DNA from: an uncultured delta proteobacterium
GTDB taxonomy: Bacteria > Myxococcota > B64-G9
Assembly: GCA_963754925.1 (NCBI GenBank)
Contig: CAVWHX010000012.1
Span: forward strand, 96,001-160,000
Length of the DNA stretch: 64,000 nt
Direction of reading: 5' to 3'
In this document: piece after piece, positions 63,093 through 64,000 of the stretch
How positions within the stretch are numbered: position 1 is the stretch's first letter
Layout: every line of letters begins with the position of its first letter
Translations under genes and position numbers: made by a program
The notes under the pieces: generated by a model
What the model saw: only the letters and a program-made list of their open reading frames with translations
The model's database searches: none
What the model was told of the DNA's origin: nothing

Positions 63093-64000
63093 CTATCCGA
63101 GGTCATCGAGATCGGAGATCTTGATTCTGTTCTTGCGGAGGAGGCGGTGGAGGCTTTGCCTGTGGATGCCGGCAGTTTTCGCAGCGGCAGAAATGTTATT
63201 GTTATGCTGGCGTAAAAGATCGATTAAGTACTCGTACTCGGCTTGGTCTTTGGCCTGATTGAATGTCAGGTACCCACGGCTACCGGTGTGTGGGTAGCGA
63301 GAGGCAGGCTCCTGACCAGACAGGGTTGCGGACATAAGCGAGGTTTGATCGATTACCCGCTCGTCGACTAAATGCGCCACGCGCTCGATAACGTTGCGCA
63401 ATTCCCGCACATTGCCCGGCCAGTCGTGACGCATGAGGAACCGCAACGCATTGGTATCAAACCGGCGTTCCGAATCGCTGGTCAATGTCTGCAAAAACTG
63501 GCGAGCAAGCAAGGGGATATCTTCCGTATGTTCGCGCAAGGGTGGAACGTTCAATTCAAATACGCTCAAGCGAAAGAATAAATCCTCCCGGAACCGACCA
63601 GCCTCGACCTCTCCCTGCAGATTACGGTTGGTGGCCGCCAGAATGCGCACATCGACGGGTTCTTTTTCGGTCGCGCCGACTTTCTTGATCTCATGTTGTT
63701 CCAGGACCCGAAGGAGCTTTGGCTGCAATGCGGCCGGCAGCTCGCCGATCTCATCCAATAAGAGACTCCCGCCCTGGGTCGCCTCGAACGCGCCGACATG
63801 CGCGTCAACCGCACCGGTGAAGGCGCCCTTGACGTGACCGAAGAGCTCTGTTTCCATCAGGTGCGTCGGAATCGTGGCGCAGTCAACGACCAAAAACGGC
63901 GCGGCGCAGCGCGGACTGTGGGTGTGGAGCTCCTCGGCCAGCAATCCCTTACCGGTTCCGGTCTCGCCGGTTATTAATACCGTGGTATCGCGCGCAGCCA
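63093..64000 (-). CDS. Sigma54-dependent enhancer-binding protein (AAA+ and Fis HTH; N-terminus outside the window)
   Basis: ITGETGTGK (beyond the listed ORF start), ETELFGHVKGAFTGA, LLDEIGE, AATNR, FREDLFFRL, WPGNVREL, C-terminal HTH. Confidence 0.95.
   Translation of the reverse strand, partial: AARDTTVLITGETGTGKGLLAEELHTHSPRCAAPFLVVDCATIPTHLMETELFGHVKGAFTGAVDAHVGAFEATQGGSLLLDEIGELPAALQPKLLRVLEQHEIKKVGATEKEPVDVRILAATNRNLQGEVEAGRFREDLFFRLSVFELNVPPLREHTEDIPLLARQFLQTLTSDSERRFDTNALRFLMRHDWPGNVRELRNVIERVAHLVDERVIDQTSLMSATLSGQEPASRYPHTGSRGYLTFNQAKDQAEYEYLIDLLRQHNNNISAAAKTAGIHRQSLHRLLRKNRIKISDLDDLG

Overview
Deltaproteobacterial (most likely Myxococcota-related) chromosomal window, moderate in GC by eye and dominated by cell-envelope machinery. 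(1) 1-14.6 kb: a contiguous gliding-transducer cluster (cglC/gltK divergent from gltB-A-C-D-E-F-G, then a large AgmK/GltI-like TPR gene running off the left edge). (2) 14.8-23.6 kb: metabolic and housekeeping genes (Ldh2-family dehydrogenase, DUF4434-like lipoprotein, Sua5/YciO protein, acs, porin) and a small MITE-like palindromic element. (3) 23.8-39.3 kb: a second, paralogous Glt-like operon carrying its own AglR/Q/S-type (TolQ/ExbD) motor genes. (4) 39.7-43 kb and 51.4-62.8 kb: an Mts-like surface-adhesin locus (thrombospondin/MYXO-CTERM MtsC-like protein, three VWA+TSP3 lipoprotein paralogs, MtsE/F-like lipoproteins) with three sigma54-type promoters and an adjacent sigma54 activator. (5) 43.6-51.2 kb: a higher-GC cassette encoding a spermidine-synthase-like membrane protein, Rieske protein, cytochrome b, a 7-heme cytochrome c and a Tat-linked GMC oxidoreductase pair. 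Twelve single-base frameshifts split otherwise intact genes and are probably long-read assembly errors. I saw no rRNA, tRNA, CRISPR array, integrase or transposase. Family names come from motif recognition and recalled Myxococcus gene order, not database searches.
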